Below, in pieces: positions 7,220 to 15,145 of a stretch of 38,758 bases of DNA (its first letter is position 1; each line of letters starts with the position of its first letter). The stretch is from Gemmatimonadota bacterium. GTDB lineage: Bacteria > Gemmatimonadota > Gemmatimonadetes > Gemmatimonadales > GWC2-71-9. A program made the position numbers and the translations under genes. The DNA lies in assembly GCA_003220985.1 (NCBI GenBank), contig QHTY01000153.1:5439-44196 (forward strand), read 5' to 3'. Below the pieces are notes generated by a model. That model saw only the letters and a program-made list of their open reading frames with translations, searched no databases and was not told where the DNA came from.

Positions 7220-7623
7220 CAGACGTGCTGCGACGTGACTGCGATGACGTCGATCTCGACTCGCGCCGCTTTGGGGAGGCCGGCCGCCTGCACCGTCGAG
7301 CGCGCGGGTTTGTGCGGGCCGAAATGCTTCGCGTACACCTCATTCATCTGTGCAAAATCGGCCATATCCGCCAAGTAGACCGTCGTCTTGACGACATTGG
7401 CCAGCGACGTGCCGGCCGCGGCCAATACTGCTTTCAAATTGGCAAACACCTGCTCCGTCTGCTCCGCTGTCGTCCGGCCGACGAGCTCGCCGTTCTTGGG
7501 ATCGAGGGCGACCTGTCCTGCCGTGAACACCAGGCTATCGGTCATGATCGCCTGACTGTAGGGGCCGATGGCCTTCGGTGCCGCGTCGGTCGCGACGACG
7601 CCCAACCCACTCGTCCTGCGCAT
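7219..7623 (-). CDS. ridA: RidA/YjgF-family reactive-intermediate deaminase
   Basis: 134-aa ORF with AIGPYSQAI, KTTVYL and ARVEIDVIA motifs. It has 1-nt TGATG overlaps with fhs upstream and the GT-C gene downstream. Confidence 0.85.
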   Translation of the reverse strand: MRRTSGLGVVATDAAPKAIGPYSQAIMTDSLVFTAGQVALDPKNGELVGRTTAEQTEQVFANLKAVLAAAGTSLANVVKTTVYLADMADFAQMNEVYAKHFGPHKPARSTVQAAGLPKAARVEIDVIAVTSQHV

Positions 7624-9308
7624 CAGAACAGTCCCTCGATCGTCCCGTCAGGAAGAAGCCGGATCCGCTCGGCGGCGGGAGCCTTGCCGAGTCCCGGCAT
7701 CGTCAGGATTTCGCCCGAGAGCGCGACGACAAAGCCGGCGCCAGCCGAAGGCAGGATGTCCCGCACGTGAAGCGTGAACCCGCTCGGCGCGCCGAGCTGC
7801 GTCGGGTCGTCGGTCAAGGAGTACTGCGTCTTGGCCATGCAGACCGGCGTCTCGCCGAGCCCCAGCTTCGGCAACAGCTCGAGCGCGCGCTCGGCCGGCG
7901 GCGCAAACGCGACGGCAGCCGCGCCATACATCTCCCGGGCGATCGTCTCGATTTTTTCGCGAATGGGCCGGCGCTCGTCGTACAGCGGCTTGAAGGCCGC
8001 TTTGCCCGTTTTGAGCAGGCCGAGCAGGCACTCCGCGACGGCGAGCCCCCCTTCCCCACCCTTTTCCCACACGTCGCACCGCACGACCTCCACGCCTTCG
8101 GCGGCGCCGACGACTTGCACCGCCTCGACTTCTGCGTCGGTATCGGTGACAAAGCGGTTGAGCGCGACGAGCGCCGGCACCCCGAATTTCTTCACGTTGC
8201 GAATATGGCGGCGCAAGTTTTCAGCACCCCGCTGCACCGCCGCGGGGTCAGCCGTCCCCAGCTGATCCTTCTTCTTTCCGCCGTGCATTTTGAGCGCGCG
8301 CACGGTCGCGACGATGATGGCAGCCTCTGGCTTCAGGCCTGCGAAGCGGCACTTGATGTCGAAAAACTTTTCGGCGCCCAAGTCGGCGCCGAATCCTGCT
8401 TCCGTCAACACGATATCCGCCAGCGCGAGTCCCAGCTTCGTGGCGGCGACGGAGTTGCAGCCGTGCGCGATATTGCCGAACGGCCCACAGTGCACGAGAG
8501 CCGGCCCGCCTTCGAGCGTCTGCACCAGATTCGGATTGATCGCGTCCTTGAGCAGCAGGGTCATGGCGCCCTGCGCCTTGAGATCCCCGGCGCGCACGGG
8601 GCTCTTGTCCCCGCGTAGCCCTACGATGATGCGGGCGAGCCGCGCCTCGAGATCCGCGATCCCGGTCGCCAGTGCCAGAATCGCCATGATCTCCGATCCG
8701 GGAATGATGACGAAGTGCTCTTCCCGCGTCGGACCGCCATTCACACCGCCCAGCCCCACGACAATGTGACGCAACGCGCGGTCGTTCATGTCGATCGTGC
8801 GTGGCCACATGATGCGACGAACATCGAGCCCGAGCGCATTGCCATGATGCAGCTGCGCGTCGAGCATGGCGGACAGCAGATTGTGCGCGCTCGTGATGGC
8901 GTGGAAGTCGCCCGTGAAATGGAGATTGATGTCTTCCATCGGGACGACTTGCGAGTAGCCGCCGCCCGCGGCGCCGCCCTTGACGCCGAACACCGGGCCG
9001 AGCGACGGCTCGCGGATCGCGAGAATCGCGTTTTTCCCCAGCCGCCGCAGCGCCTGTGTGACGCCGACGGTAACGGTGGACTTGCCCTCGCCCGCCGGCG
9101 TGGGGTTGATGCCGGTCACGACCACGAGCCGGCCCTTGGTCGCCCTCCGCTCGAGTGCCCGGATCGCAATCTTCGCCTTGTACTTGCCGTACAGCTCGAG
9201 CTCGTCGTCCGACAGTCCGAGCTCGGCCGCGACGTCGTGAATCGGCCGCAGCGTGGCGGCCTGGGCGATGGCGATGTCGGAAGGGATTCGGGTGGCGGTG
9301 GTGGTCAT
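7623..9308 (-). CDS. fhs: formate--tetrahydrofolate ligase
   Basis: I set the start at ATG 9308 (MTTTATRIPSDIAIAQAATLRPI...), giving 561 aa. The nucleotide-binding loop is TPAGEGKST. The upstream 285 codons of the 846-aa track ORF are Arg-rich and overlap tatD in another frame. There is an ATGA overlap with the tatD stop. Confidence 0.9.
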   Translation of the reverse strand: MTTTATRIPSDIAIAQAATLRPIHDVAAELGLSDDELELYGKYKAKIAIRALERRATKGRLVVVTGINPTPAGEGKSTVTVGVTQALRRLGKNAILAIREPSLGPVFGVKGGAAGGGYSQVVPMEDINLHFTGDFHAITSAHNLLSAMLDAQLHHGNALGLDVRRIMWPRTIDMNDRALRHIVVGLGGVNGGPTREEHFVIIPGSEIMAILALATGIADLEARLARIIVGLRGDKSPVRAGDLKAQGAMTLLLKDAINPNLVQTLEGGPALVHCGPFGNIAHGCNSVAATKLGLALADIVLTEAGFGADLGAEKFFDIKCRFAGLKPEAAIIVATVRALKMHGGKKKDQLGTADPAAVQRGAENLRRHIRNVKKFGVPALVALNRFVTDTDAEVEAVQVVGAAEGVEVVRCDVWEKGGEGGLAVAECLLGLLKTGKAAFKPLYDERRPIREKIETIAREMYGAAAVAFAPPAERALELLPKLGLGETPVCMAKTQYSLTDDPTQLGAPSGFTLHVRDILPSAGAGFVVALSGEILTMPGLGKAPAAERIRLLPDGTIEGLF

Positions 9309-10024
9309 AGCGTGGAGTCGATGCGGGAGCCAAAGCAGCGGTGGGCGTTCTCTGCGGTTCGCTGGACCAGGCTTGCGACGCTTTCGCCACGCAGCTCGGC
9401 GGCTCGGACCGCGACTTCCCGGACGAAGCCCGGCTCGTTGCGCCGGCCGCGGTGCGGGACGGGCGCCAGGTACGGCGCATCGGTCTCGAGCAGGAGCCGA
9501 TCCGCCGGACACTCGCTGATGCGATGCTGCAGCGTCCAATTCTTGAAGGTGATCATGCCGCTGAACGAGAAATATGCATTGATCGCGAGCCCCGCATCCC
9601 AGACGGCGTCCCCGGATGAAAAGCTGTGCAACACCACCGCAGGAGGACGCGGCTGCAGGGACCGCAGCAGCGCGGCGATGTCCGCATCCGCCTGGCGGGC
9701 GTGCACGATGACGGGCTTGCCGAGCTCCGCCGCGAGCGCGAGCTGCGCTGCGAAGGCACTGCGCTGGATCTCGCGTGGCGCATGCATGTAGTGATAATCG
9801 AGTCCCGTTTCCCCCACCGCCACCATTTCCGGCGCCGCGAGCAGCGCGCGCACATGGTCCCGCGCTGCATCGGACCACTCGCGCGCCTCGTGCGGATGGA
9901 TCCCCGCGGTCGCCGAGAGTCCGCTGGTGCCGCGGGTGAGCGTCGCGGCGCGCGCGCTGCCCTGGAGCGATTCGCCGATCACCACGACATGAGACACACC
10001 CGCCTCGCGTGCTCGTGCGAGCAC
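9305..10024 (-). CDS. tatD: TatD-family metal-dependent hydrolase (start uncertain; the conserved N-terminus extends to about 10078-10081)
   Basis: GETGLDY, VIVHAR, HSFSG and LLLETDAPYL motifs are present. The coordinates use the first canonical start, GTG 10024. However, the in-frame upstream codons read L-V-D-T-H-C-H-L-G-D-A-A-F-D-T-D-R-E-A, which is the TatD HxH metal motif. See findings. Confidence 0.8.
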   Translation of the reverse strand: MLARAREAGVSHVVVIGESLQGSARAATLTRGTSGLSATAGIHPHEAREWSDAARDHVRALLAAPEMVAVGETGLDYHYMHAPREIQRSAFAAQLALAAELGKPVIVHARQADADIAALLRSLQPRPPAVVLHSFSSGDAVWDAGLAINAYFSFSGMITFKNWTLQHRISECPADRLLLETDAPYLAPVPHRGRRNEPGFVREVAVRAAELRGESVASLVQRTAENAHRCFGSRIDSTL

Positions 10025-10077
10025 CGCCTCCCGGTCGGTGTCGAACGCGGCATCCCCGAGGTGACAGTGCGTGTCGA

Positions 10078-11100
10078 CTAGCGTGCTGGTTGCGTGGCGC
10101 GCGGCGCCGGGGACGACGGCGGCGGCGGCGCGGACGCCGCAGGCGTGCCCGGCGTTCGGGCACCGAACGTGCGTGCGCCGCGCGCGTCCTCGCCCGGCCA
10201 GCGTTTCTCGATCCAGAGCAGCACCGGCGCCGCGATATAGATCGACGAAAACGTGCCGGTGAAAATGCCGAACGACATGACCCAGGCGAACGGCCGAATC
10301 ACCTCACCGGCCAGCAGCAGCAGCGCGAGCGTCGTCGCGATGGTGGTTCCGTGCGTCAACACCGACCGCGGCAACGTTTCGTTGATCGACAGATTGAGGA
10401 TCTCGTAGAGGTTCTGGCGCCGGTATTTGCGCAGGTTTTCGCGCACGCGGTCGAAGATGATGATCGTGTCGTTCAGCGAGTAGCCGACCACGGTGAGCAC
10501 CGCGCCCACGACCACGAGGCTGACCTCGAGGTGCATGACGCTGATGAAGGCGATCGTCGCGACGATGTCGTGGGCGGTCGCGACGACCGCCGCGAGGCCG
10601 AACCGCCACTCGAAGCGAAACGCCAGATAGATGAGCGTCACCACGAAGCTGAACAGGATGGCAAGGAGCGCCTTGCCCTGCAGCTCGCGGCCCACCTTGG
10701 GACCCACCGCCTCGCGCCGGGAGATCTGGTATTGTCCGGGACCCGCGCTCTGGTCGAGCGCCCGGGCCACGGCGTCCGCGACCGCCTGGGTGCCGGCCTC
10801 GCCCTGCGACGCTTCGCCGCCGAGCCGCGCGCGGACCACGTAGGAGGTGTCGGAGCCGAAATTGTAGATGTCGGCCCCGCTGAGCCCGACCTGATCGAGC
10901 GCGGTGCGGATGTTTCCCGTCGGCACCGTGTGGGCCAGCTCGAACTGCACCAGCGTCCCGCCGGTGAACTCGATGCTGTAGTTGAGGCCTCGCGTCAGGA
11001 GGAAGCCGAGACCGACGAGCATGATGCCGCCCGTGAGCGAGAACGCCCAGCGGCGCCACTTGATGAAATCGTAGTTCGCGTTCGCGAAGAGTCTGATCAT
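10078..11100 (-). CDS. secF: protein translocase subunit SecF
   Basis: 340-aa ORF. N-terminus: NYDFIKWRRWAFSL...GLNYSIEFTGGT. It has an RND-like 6-TM core and a Pro/Ala-rich C-terminal tail. Confidence 0.9.
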   Translation of the reverse strand: MIRLFANANYDFIKWRRWAFSLTGGIMLVGLGFLLTRGLNYSIEFTGGTLVQFELAHTVPTGNIRTALDQVGLSGADIYNFGSDTSYVVRARLGGEASQGEAGTQAVADAVARALDQSAGPGQYQISRREAVGPKVGRELQGKALLAILFSFVVTLIYLAFRFEWRFGLAAVVATAHDIVATIAFISVMHLEVSLVVVGAVLTVVGYSLNDTIIIFDRVRENLRKYRRQNLYEILNLSINETLPRSVLTHGTTIATTLALLLLAGEVIRPFAWVMSFGIFTGTFSSIYIAAPVLLWIEKRWPGEDARGARTFGARTPGTPAASAPPPPSSPAPRATQPAR

Positions 11101-12722
11101 CAGATACTCAGGGTGACCATGTCAGGCCGCCGTTGCAGCCAGATGAGGAACAATGTCTTCACCACGAAAATGGCCGAGATCATCGACGCGATGATGCCGA
11201 TGATGAGCGTGATGGCGAAGCCCTGCACCGGACCGGTGCCGACGGCGTAGAGAATCAGCGCGGTGAGGATGGTGCTCACGTTCGAGTCGACGATTGCGTT
11301 CATGGCGTGCAGGAAGCCGTCATCGACCGCCAGCCGCAGCGACTTGCCATGCACCAGCTCTTCGCGGATGCGCTCGAAGATGAGGACGTTTGCGTCGACG
11401 GCGATGCCGATCGACAGCACGAACCCGGCGAGCCCCGGCAGGGTGAGGGTGAAGCCGAACGCCGCCAGCCCCGCCAGCGTGAACAGGCAATACAGCGTGA
11501 GCGCGGCGACCGCGAGGGCGCCGGAGAGCCGGTAGTAGCCGATCATGATCACGATCACGAGCAGCACGCCGACCACGCCCGCCAGCACGCCGTCGTGAAT
11601 GGAATCGGCCCCGAGGGTGCCGCTGATCGTGCGCTCGTCGACAATCGTGAGGGGCGCGGGCAGCGCGCCGGCCCGCAGAACCAGCGCCAGGTCGCTCGCC
11701 TCCTGGAGCGACTTGTTACCGAGCTCGATCTGGCCGTTGGCGCCGATCTGGCCGTGAATCACGGGTGGCTGGCCCTGCACGCGCCCATCGAGAATGATCG
11801 CCATGTAGTCGTTGATGTGCCGCGCGGTCTCTTCCGAGAACTTGCGGGCGCCGCGATGGCTGAGCTGGAACGGGACGATCGACTGGTTCGTCACCGGATC
11901 GCGCCGGGCCACCGCTTTGACCAGCTCTTCCCCGGTGATGATGGGTTTCGACTCCACCGCGTAGAGCGCGCGGTAGGCGCGGGCGCCGCGTGACTCGGAC
12001 TGCACACCCCAGCGCAGCTCGATGCCGCGCGGCATTGCCGCCTTGACGTCGGGTCGCTGAACCAGGCTGTCCACGAGCGGCCATTGCTCTTCGGGTACGA
12101 GGTACTCACCGGGCAGCTGGCCCTGGAACAGCAGCGACGAGAGCACGCCGGGCGCGTTCGCATCCGCGGCGGAGTCGCGCGCGGCTTTCGTGGTGTCGCC
12201 GCCGAAGAGCTGGGCGACCGCGGATGGCGCGGCGGCGCCGCGCGCCTTCACCCCGGCCTTGCGCAGCGCGGCGTCCATCTGCGGCAGCGCGTCCTTGAAC
12301 AGGTTCTTCATGTCGGTGATGCGGAACTCGAGGAAGGCCGTGCGCTGAATAACGCCCCTGGCGCGGGCGGGATCTGTCTCGCCGGCGAGTTCCACGATCA
12401 GGCGGCAACGGCCCTGGATCTGCACCACGGGTTCCTTGGTGCCGAACTCGTCCATGCGGGTGCGGACGACGCGCTGGGCGCGCTGGATCGCGTCGGCGCA
12501 GTCGGGGACCGGGCCTTTGGACTGGTCGACCTCGAGCGCCAGGTAAATGCCGCCCCGGAGGTCGAGCCCCAGGTTGATCGGCACGCGTCGCACCGTCGTG
12601 TCCTTCATGGCGCCGGTCGCGACATCGCGGACGCGCAGTTTCGTGTTGCGCGGGACCAGTGACACGATGCTCACGATGATGAGAGCGCCGATCACATACA
12701 GCCGCTGCCGAATCCTTCCCAT
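11100..12722 (-). CDS. secD: protein translocase subunit SecD
   Basis: 540-aa ORF with LGLDLRGG and a periplasmic domain. The C-terminal TM bundle includes the IGIAVDANVLIFERIREE motif. There is a 1-nt TGATG overlap with secF. Confidence 0.9.
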   Translation of the reverse strand: MGRIRQRLYVIGALIIVSIVSLVPRNTKLRVRDVATGAMKDTTVRRVPINLGLDLRGGIYLALEVDQSKGPVPDCADAIQRAQRVVRTRMDEFGTKEPVVQIQGRCRLIVELAGETDPARARGVIQRTAFLEFRITDMKNLFKDALPQMDAALRKAGVKARGAAAPSAVAQLFGGDTTKAARDSAADANAPGVLSSLLFQGQLPGEYLVPEEQWPLVDSLVQRPDVKAAMPRGIELRWGVQSESRGARAYRALYAVESKPIITGEELVKAVARRDPVTNQSIVPFQLSHRGARKFSEETARHINDYMAIILDGRVQGQPPVIHGQIGANGQIELGNKSLQEASDLALVLRAGALPAPLTIVDERTISGTLGADSIHDGVLAGVVGVLLVIVIMIGYYRLSGALAVAALTLYCLFTLAGLAAFGFTLTLPGLAGFVLSIGIAVDANVLIFERIREELVHGKSLRLAVDDGFLHAMNAIVDSNVSTILTALILYAVGTGPVQGFAITLIIGIIASMISAIFVVKTLFLIWLQRRPDMVTLSI

Positions 12723-12731
12723 CGTTTCTCT

Positions 12732-13649
12732 CTACCGGTTGAGGGTCGCCCGGGCCGCCTGGCGGTCGCGCTCGAGCTGCGCCACCAACGCGTCGCGGGA
12801 CGGAAATGCCTGTACGGCACGCAGGCGACGGACCCATTCCACGTACACCGTCTCCCCATAGACGTCGCCGTCGAAATCGAACAGATGGATCTCGAGCGTG
12901 CGCGTCTCTTCTCCAAAAGTCGGCCGGGGGCCCTGATTCATCATTCCACCCAGGATCTTGGAGTCTGGAGCCAGGATCCTGGTTCCTGACTCCAGAATCC
13001 TGACCCGCACCGCATACACTCCATCGGGCGGCAGGAGCTTGCGCGGGTCCGGCGGTTCGAGATTGATCGTCGGAATGCCGATCGAGCGTCCCCGTCCCGC
13101 CCCACGCACCACTTTCCCCCGTATCGCGTACGGCCGCCCCAACCAGCGCAGCGCGGAGTCCAGGTCTCCGTGAGCAACGCCCGAGCGAATCACGCTCGAC
13201 GAGATCGGTTGACCATCGTCCCGCACGGCGTCCACGACGGCCACCGCGAAGTTCTGCGTTTGGGCCAGCCGTTGCACCAACGTGGCGTCGCCGGCGCGCC
13301 CGCGTCCGAACCCATGGTCATACCCCATCACGAGCTCGCGCATCGCGTACTCGTCGCACAACCGCCGGACGAATGCCGCCGCGTCGAGCTGCGCCACGGC
13401 CGGCGTAAACGGCATCAGCACGAACCGCTCGATGCCGGCCGCCGCCACCACGAGCTCTTTTTCGTCGGGCAGCGTCAGCAGCTTCGGCGCCGCCGGCGGG
13501 TTCACCACCGCGAGCGGATGCGGCTCGAACGTGACGAGCACGCTCGCCAGCTTGCTCGACCGCGCGCGCCGGGTCACCTCCGCGAGCACCGCCTGATGAC
13601 CACGGTGCACGCCATCGAAGGTACCCAACGTGACGACGGCGCCGCTCAT
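12732..13649 (-). CDS. ribF: bifunctional riboflavin kinase / FMN adenylyltransferase
   Basis: 305-aa ORF with LGTFDGVHRGHQ, GVYAV, GPRPTF and EIHLFDFDGDVYG motifs. There is an ATGA overlap with the truB stop. Confidence 0.9.
   Translation of the reverse strand: MSGAVVTLGTFDGVHRGHQAVLAEVTRRARSSKLASVLVTFEPHPLAVVNPPAAPKLLTLPDEKELVVAAAGIERFVLMPFTPAVAQLDAAAFVRRLCDEYAMRELVMGYDHGFGRGRAGDATLVQRLAQTQNFAVAVVDAVRDDGQPISSSVIRSGVAHGDLDSALRWLGRPYAIRGKVVRGAGRGRSIGIPTINLEPPDPRKLLPPDGVYAVRVRILESGTRILAPDSKILGGMMNQGPRPTFGEETRTLEIHLFDFDGDVYGETVYVEWVRRLRAVQAFPSRDALVAQLERDRQAARATLNR
12951..13002. repeat. 52-nt imperfect palindrome centred on CCAGGATCCTGG, inside the ribF coding sequence
   Basis: Left arm caggatcttggagtctggagccagga, compared with the reverse complement of the right arm, caggattctggagtcaggaaccagga. 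22 of 26 positions pair. It is in frame and encodes RILESGTRILAPDSKIL. Confidence 0.85.
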
Positions 13650-14509
13650 GCCTCCGCCACCACCACGACCCGTGGCTTCAGAAGCTCGCCCACCTGCTCG
13701 CCTACGGCTAGCAGCTCGTCGCCAGCGAAGATGGCCGTCGGCTGTCGGCTGTCAGCCATCTGGGCGCTCGCAATCGGACGCCCGTGCAGCACCGCGTCCC
13801 TCTCCTTCTTATCTACCTCGCGGCGCGGGAGATGCGCGACCAGGATCGCGGCATCCTGCAACGCCTGGGGCGTCACCGCCTCGGGTGCCACCGCATCCGC
13901 CAGCCGCAGCGGTCCGACCGCCGTCCGCTGGAGCGCAACGAGATGCGCACCGCAGCCGAGTTTCGCGCCGATATCGCGGGCCAGCGATCGGAGATAGGTG
14001 CCGGCACTCACCGTCGCGCGAAACTGCAGGTCGGGGACCGCCGCGTTCACGATCTCGAGCTCGCGGATTTCGACTGCGCGCGGCGCGGGTGCGACCACCT
14101 CGCCACGGCGCGCGCGGCGGTAGGCCCGCTCGCCCGCGACCTTCACTGCCGAGTACGCCGGCGGACGCTGCTCGTAGCCGCCGCGGAAACTCGCGATGAC
14201 GTCGGCCAGCTGCGCCGGCGTGATGCCCGTCCACGGTGCCGTCGCCACCACCGCTCCGGTCACGTCATCCGTATCCGTCGTGACGCCCAGCCGGATGACG
14301 CCGTCGTATGTCTTCGGCCAATCGGCGGCGAACGGCGCAAGCCGCGTCGCCCGTCCCACCACCAGCACCAGCAGCCCCTTGGCGAACGGATCGAGCGTGC
14401 CCAGGTGGCCCACGCGCTGTTCGGCGAGTGCGCGCCGAACGATGTCCACGACATCATGGGACGTAGGGCCGGCTGGCTTGGCGACCAGGACGAGCCCCCG
14501 GTTTTTCAG
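13646..14509 (-). CDS. truB: tRNA pseudouridine(55) synthase
   Basis: GHLGTLDP and the catalytic Asp context are present. I extended the start to the in-frame CTG at 14509-14507. The conserved LVLVAKPAGPTSHDVV motif lies upstream of the first ATG/GTG/TTG (GTG 14449). The CTG overlaps the rbfA stop as CTGA. Confidence 0.8.
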   Translation of the reverse strand: MKNRGLVLVAKPAGPTSHDVVDIVRRALAEQRVGHLGTLDPFAKGLLVLVVGRATRLAPFAADWPKTYDGVIRLGVTTDTDDVTGAVVATAPWTGITPAQLADVIASFRGGYEQRPPAYSAVKVAGERAYRRARRGEVVAPAPRAVEIRELEIVNAAVPDLQFRATVSAGTYLRSLARDIGAKLGCGAHLVALQRTAVGPLRLADAVAPEAVTPQALQDAAILVAHLPRREVDKKERDAVLHGRPIASAQMADSRQPTAIFAGDELLAVGEQVGELLKPRVVVVAEA

Positions 14510-14862
14510 TCGTCCGACTCCTTCAGCTCCTTTAGGACCCGGTCGATGTGCTGCGCGTGCTCCAGCCCGCGGTCCAGATGGAAATGCAGCTCGGGGCTGG
14601 TCCGCAGATGCAGCTCTTTCGAGAGCTGCGCCCGCAGAAACCGCGCGGCGCTCGCCAGCCCTTCGAGCGACTTCGCCTTCTCTTCTTCCGTCCCCATGAC
14701 GCTGACGCGCACCTTCGCGTGCGACAAATCGGCCGAGACGTCGACGCCGATCACGGTGACGAAGCCGATCCGCGGATCGCGTACATCGCCGGTGAGAAAC
14801 GCTCCGACCGCCTGCCGGATCAGCTCACTCACGCGCTCGGGCCGATGACTGTGTCGTCTCAT
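14506..14862 (-). CDS. rbfA: ribosome-binding factor A
   Basis: I set the start at ATG 14862 (MRRHSHRPERVSELIRQAV...), 1 nt after the DUF503 stop. The RbfA-typical motifs R..RV.E.I...V and DPR.GFVTV are present. Length 118 aa. Confidence 0.85.
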   Translation of the reverse strand: MRRHSHRPERVSELIRQAVGAFLTGDVRDPRIGFVTVIGVDVSADLSHAKVRVSVMGTEEEKAKSLEGLASAARFLRAQLSKELHLRTSPELHFHLDRGLEHAQHIDRVLKELKESDD

Positions 14863-14863
14863 A

Positions 14864-15145
14864 TCACAGATAGCTCGTGCTGGTATCGACGATGCGCGCG
14901 CCGTCCGCGCCCGCCACCAGCTCATCCGCCTCGCGGAGCACGCTCTCAGCATGCCGGCGGTCGGTGCTCACCACGGCCGCCGTGAGCTCGGCGCGCTGCC
15001 AGAGATCGTGGTGCGCCGTCTCGGCGACCGAGATGTTGAACCGGTGATGCATCCGATCCTTCAGGCTCTTCACGATCGCGCGCTTGTCCTTCAGCGACTG
15101 GCACGCGGGCAGATGCAGCTCCCACACCATCACACCCACGATCAC
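14864..15145 (-). CDS. DUF503 (YlxP-like) protein
   Basis: 93-aa ORF, MIVGVMVWELHLPACQSLKDKRAIVKSLKDR... It occupies the canonical position between infB and rbfA, with an ATGA overlap with the infB stop. Confidence 0.8.
   Translation of the reverse strand: MIVGVMVWELHLPACQSLKDKRAIVKSLKDRMHHRFNISVAETAHHDLWQRAELTAAVVSTDRRHAESVLREADELVAGADGARIVDTSTSYL

Noticed and set aside
9309-10163. N-terminal 285 codons of the 846-aa fhs track ORF, suggesting a giant fused Fhs.
   Set aside because: The extension is Arg-rich junk that overlaps tatD and the secF tail in another frame. Canonical Fhs begins at MTTTATRIPSDIA (ATG 9308), with an ATGA overlap to the tatD stop.
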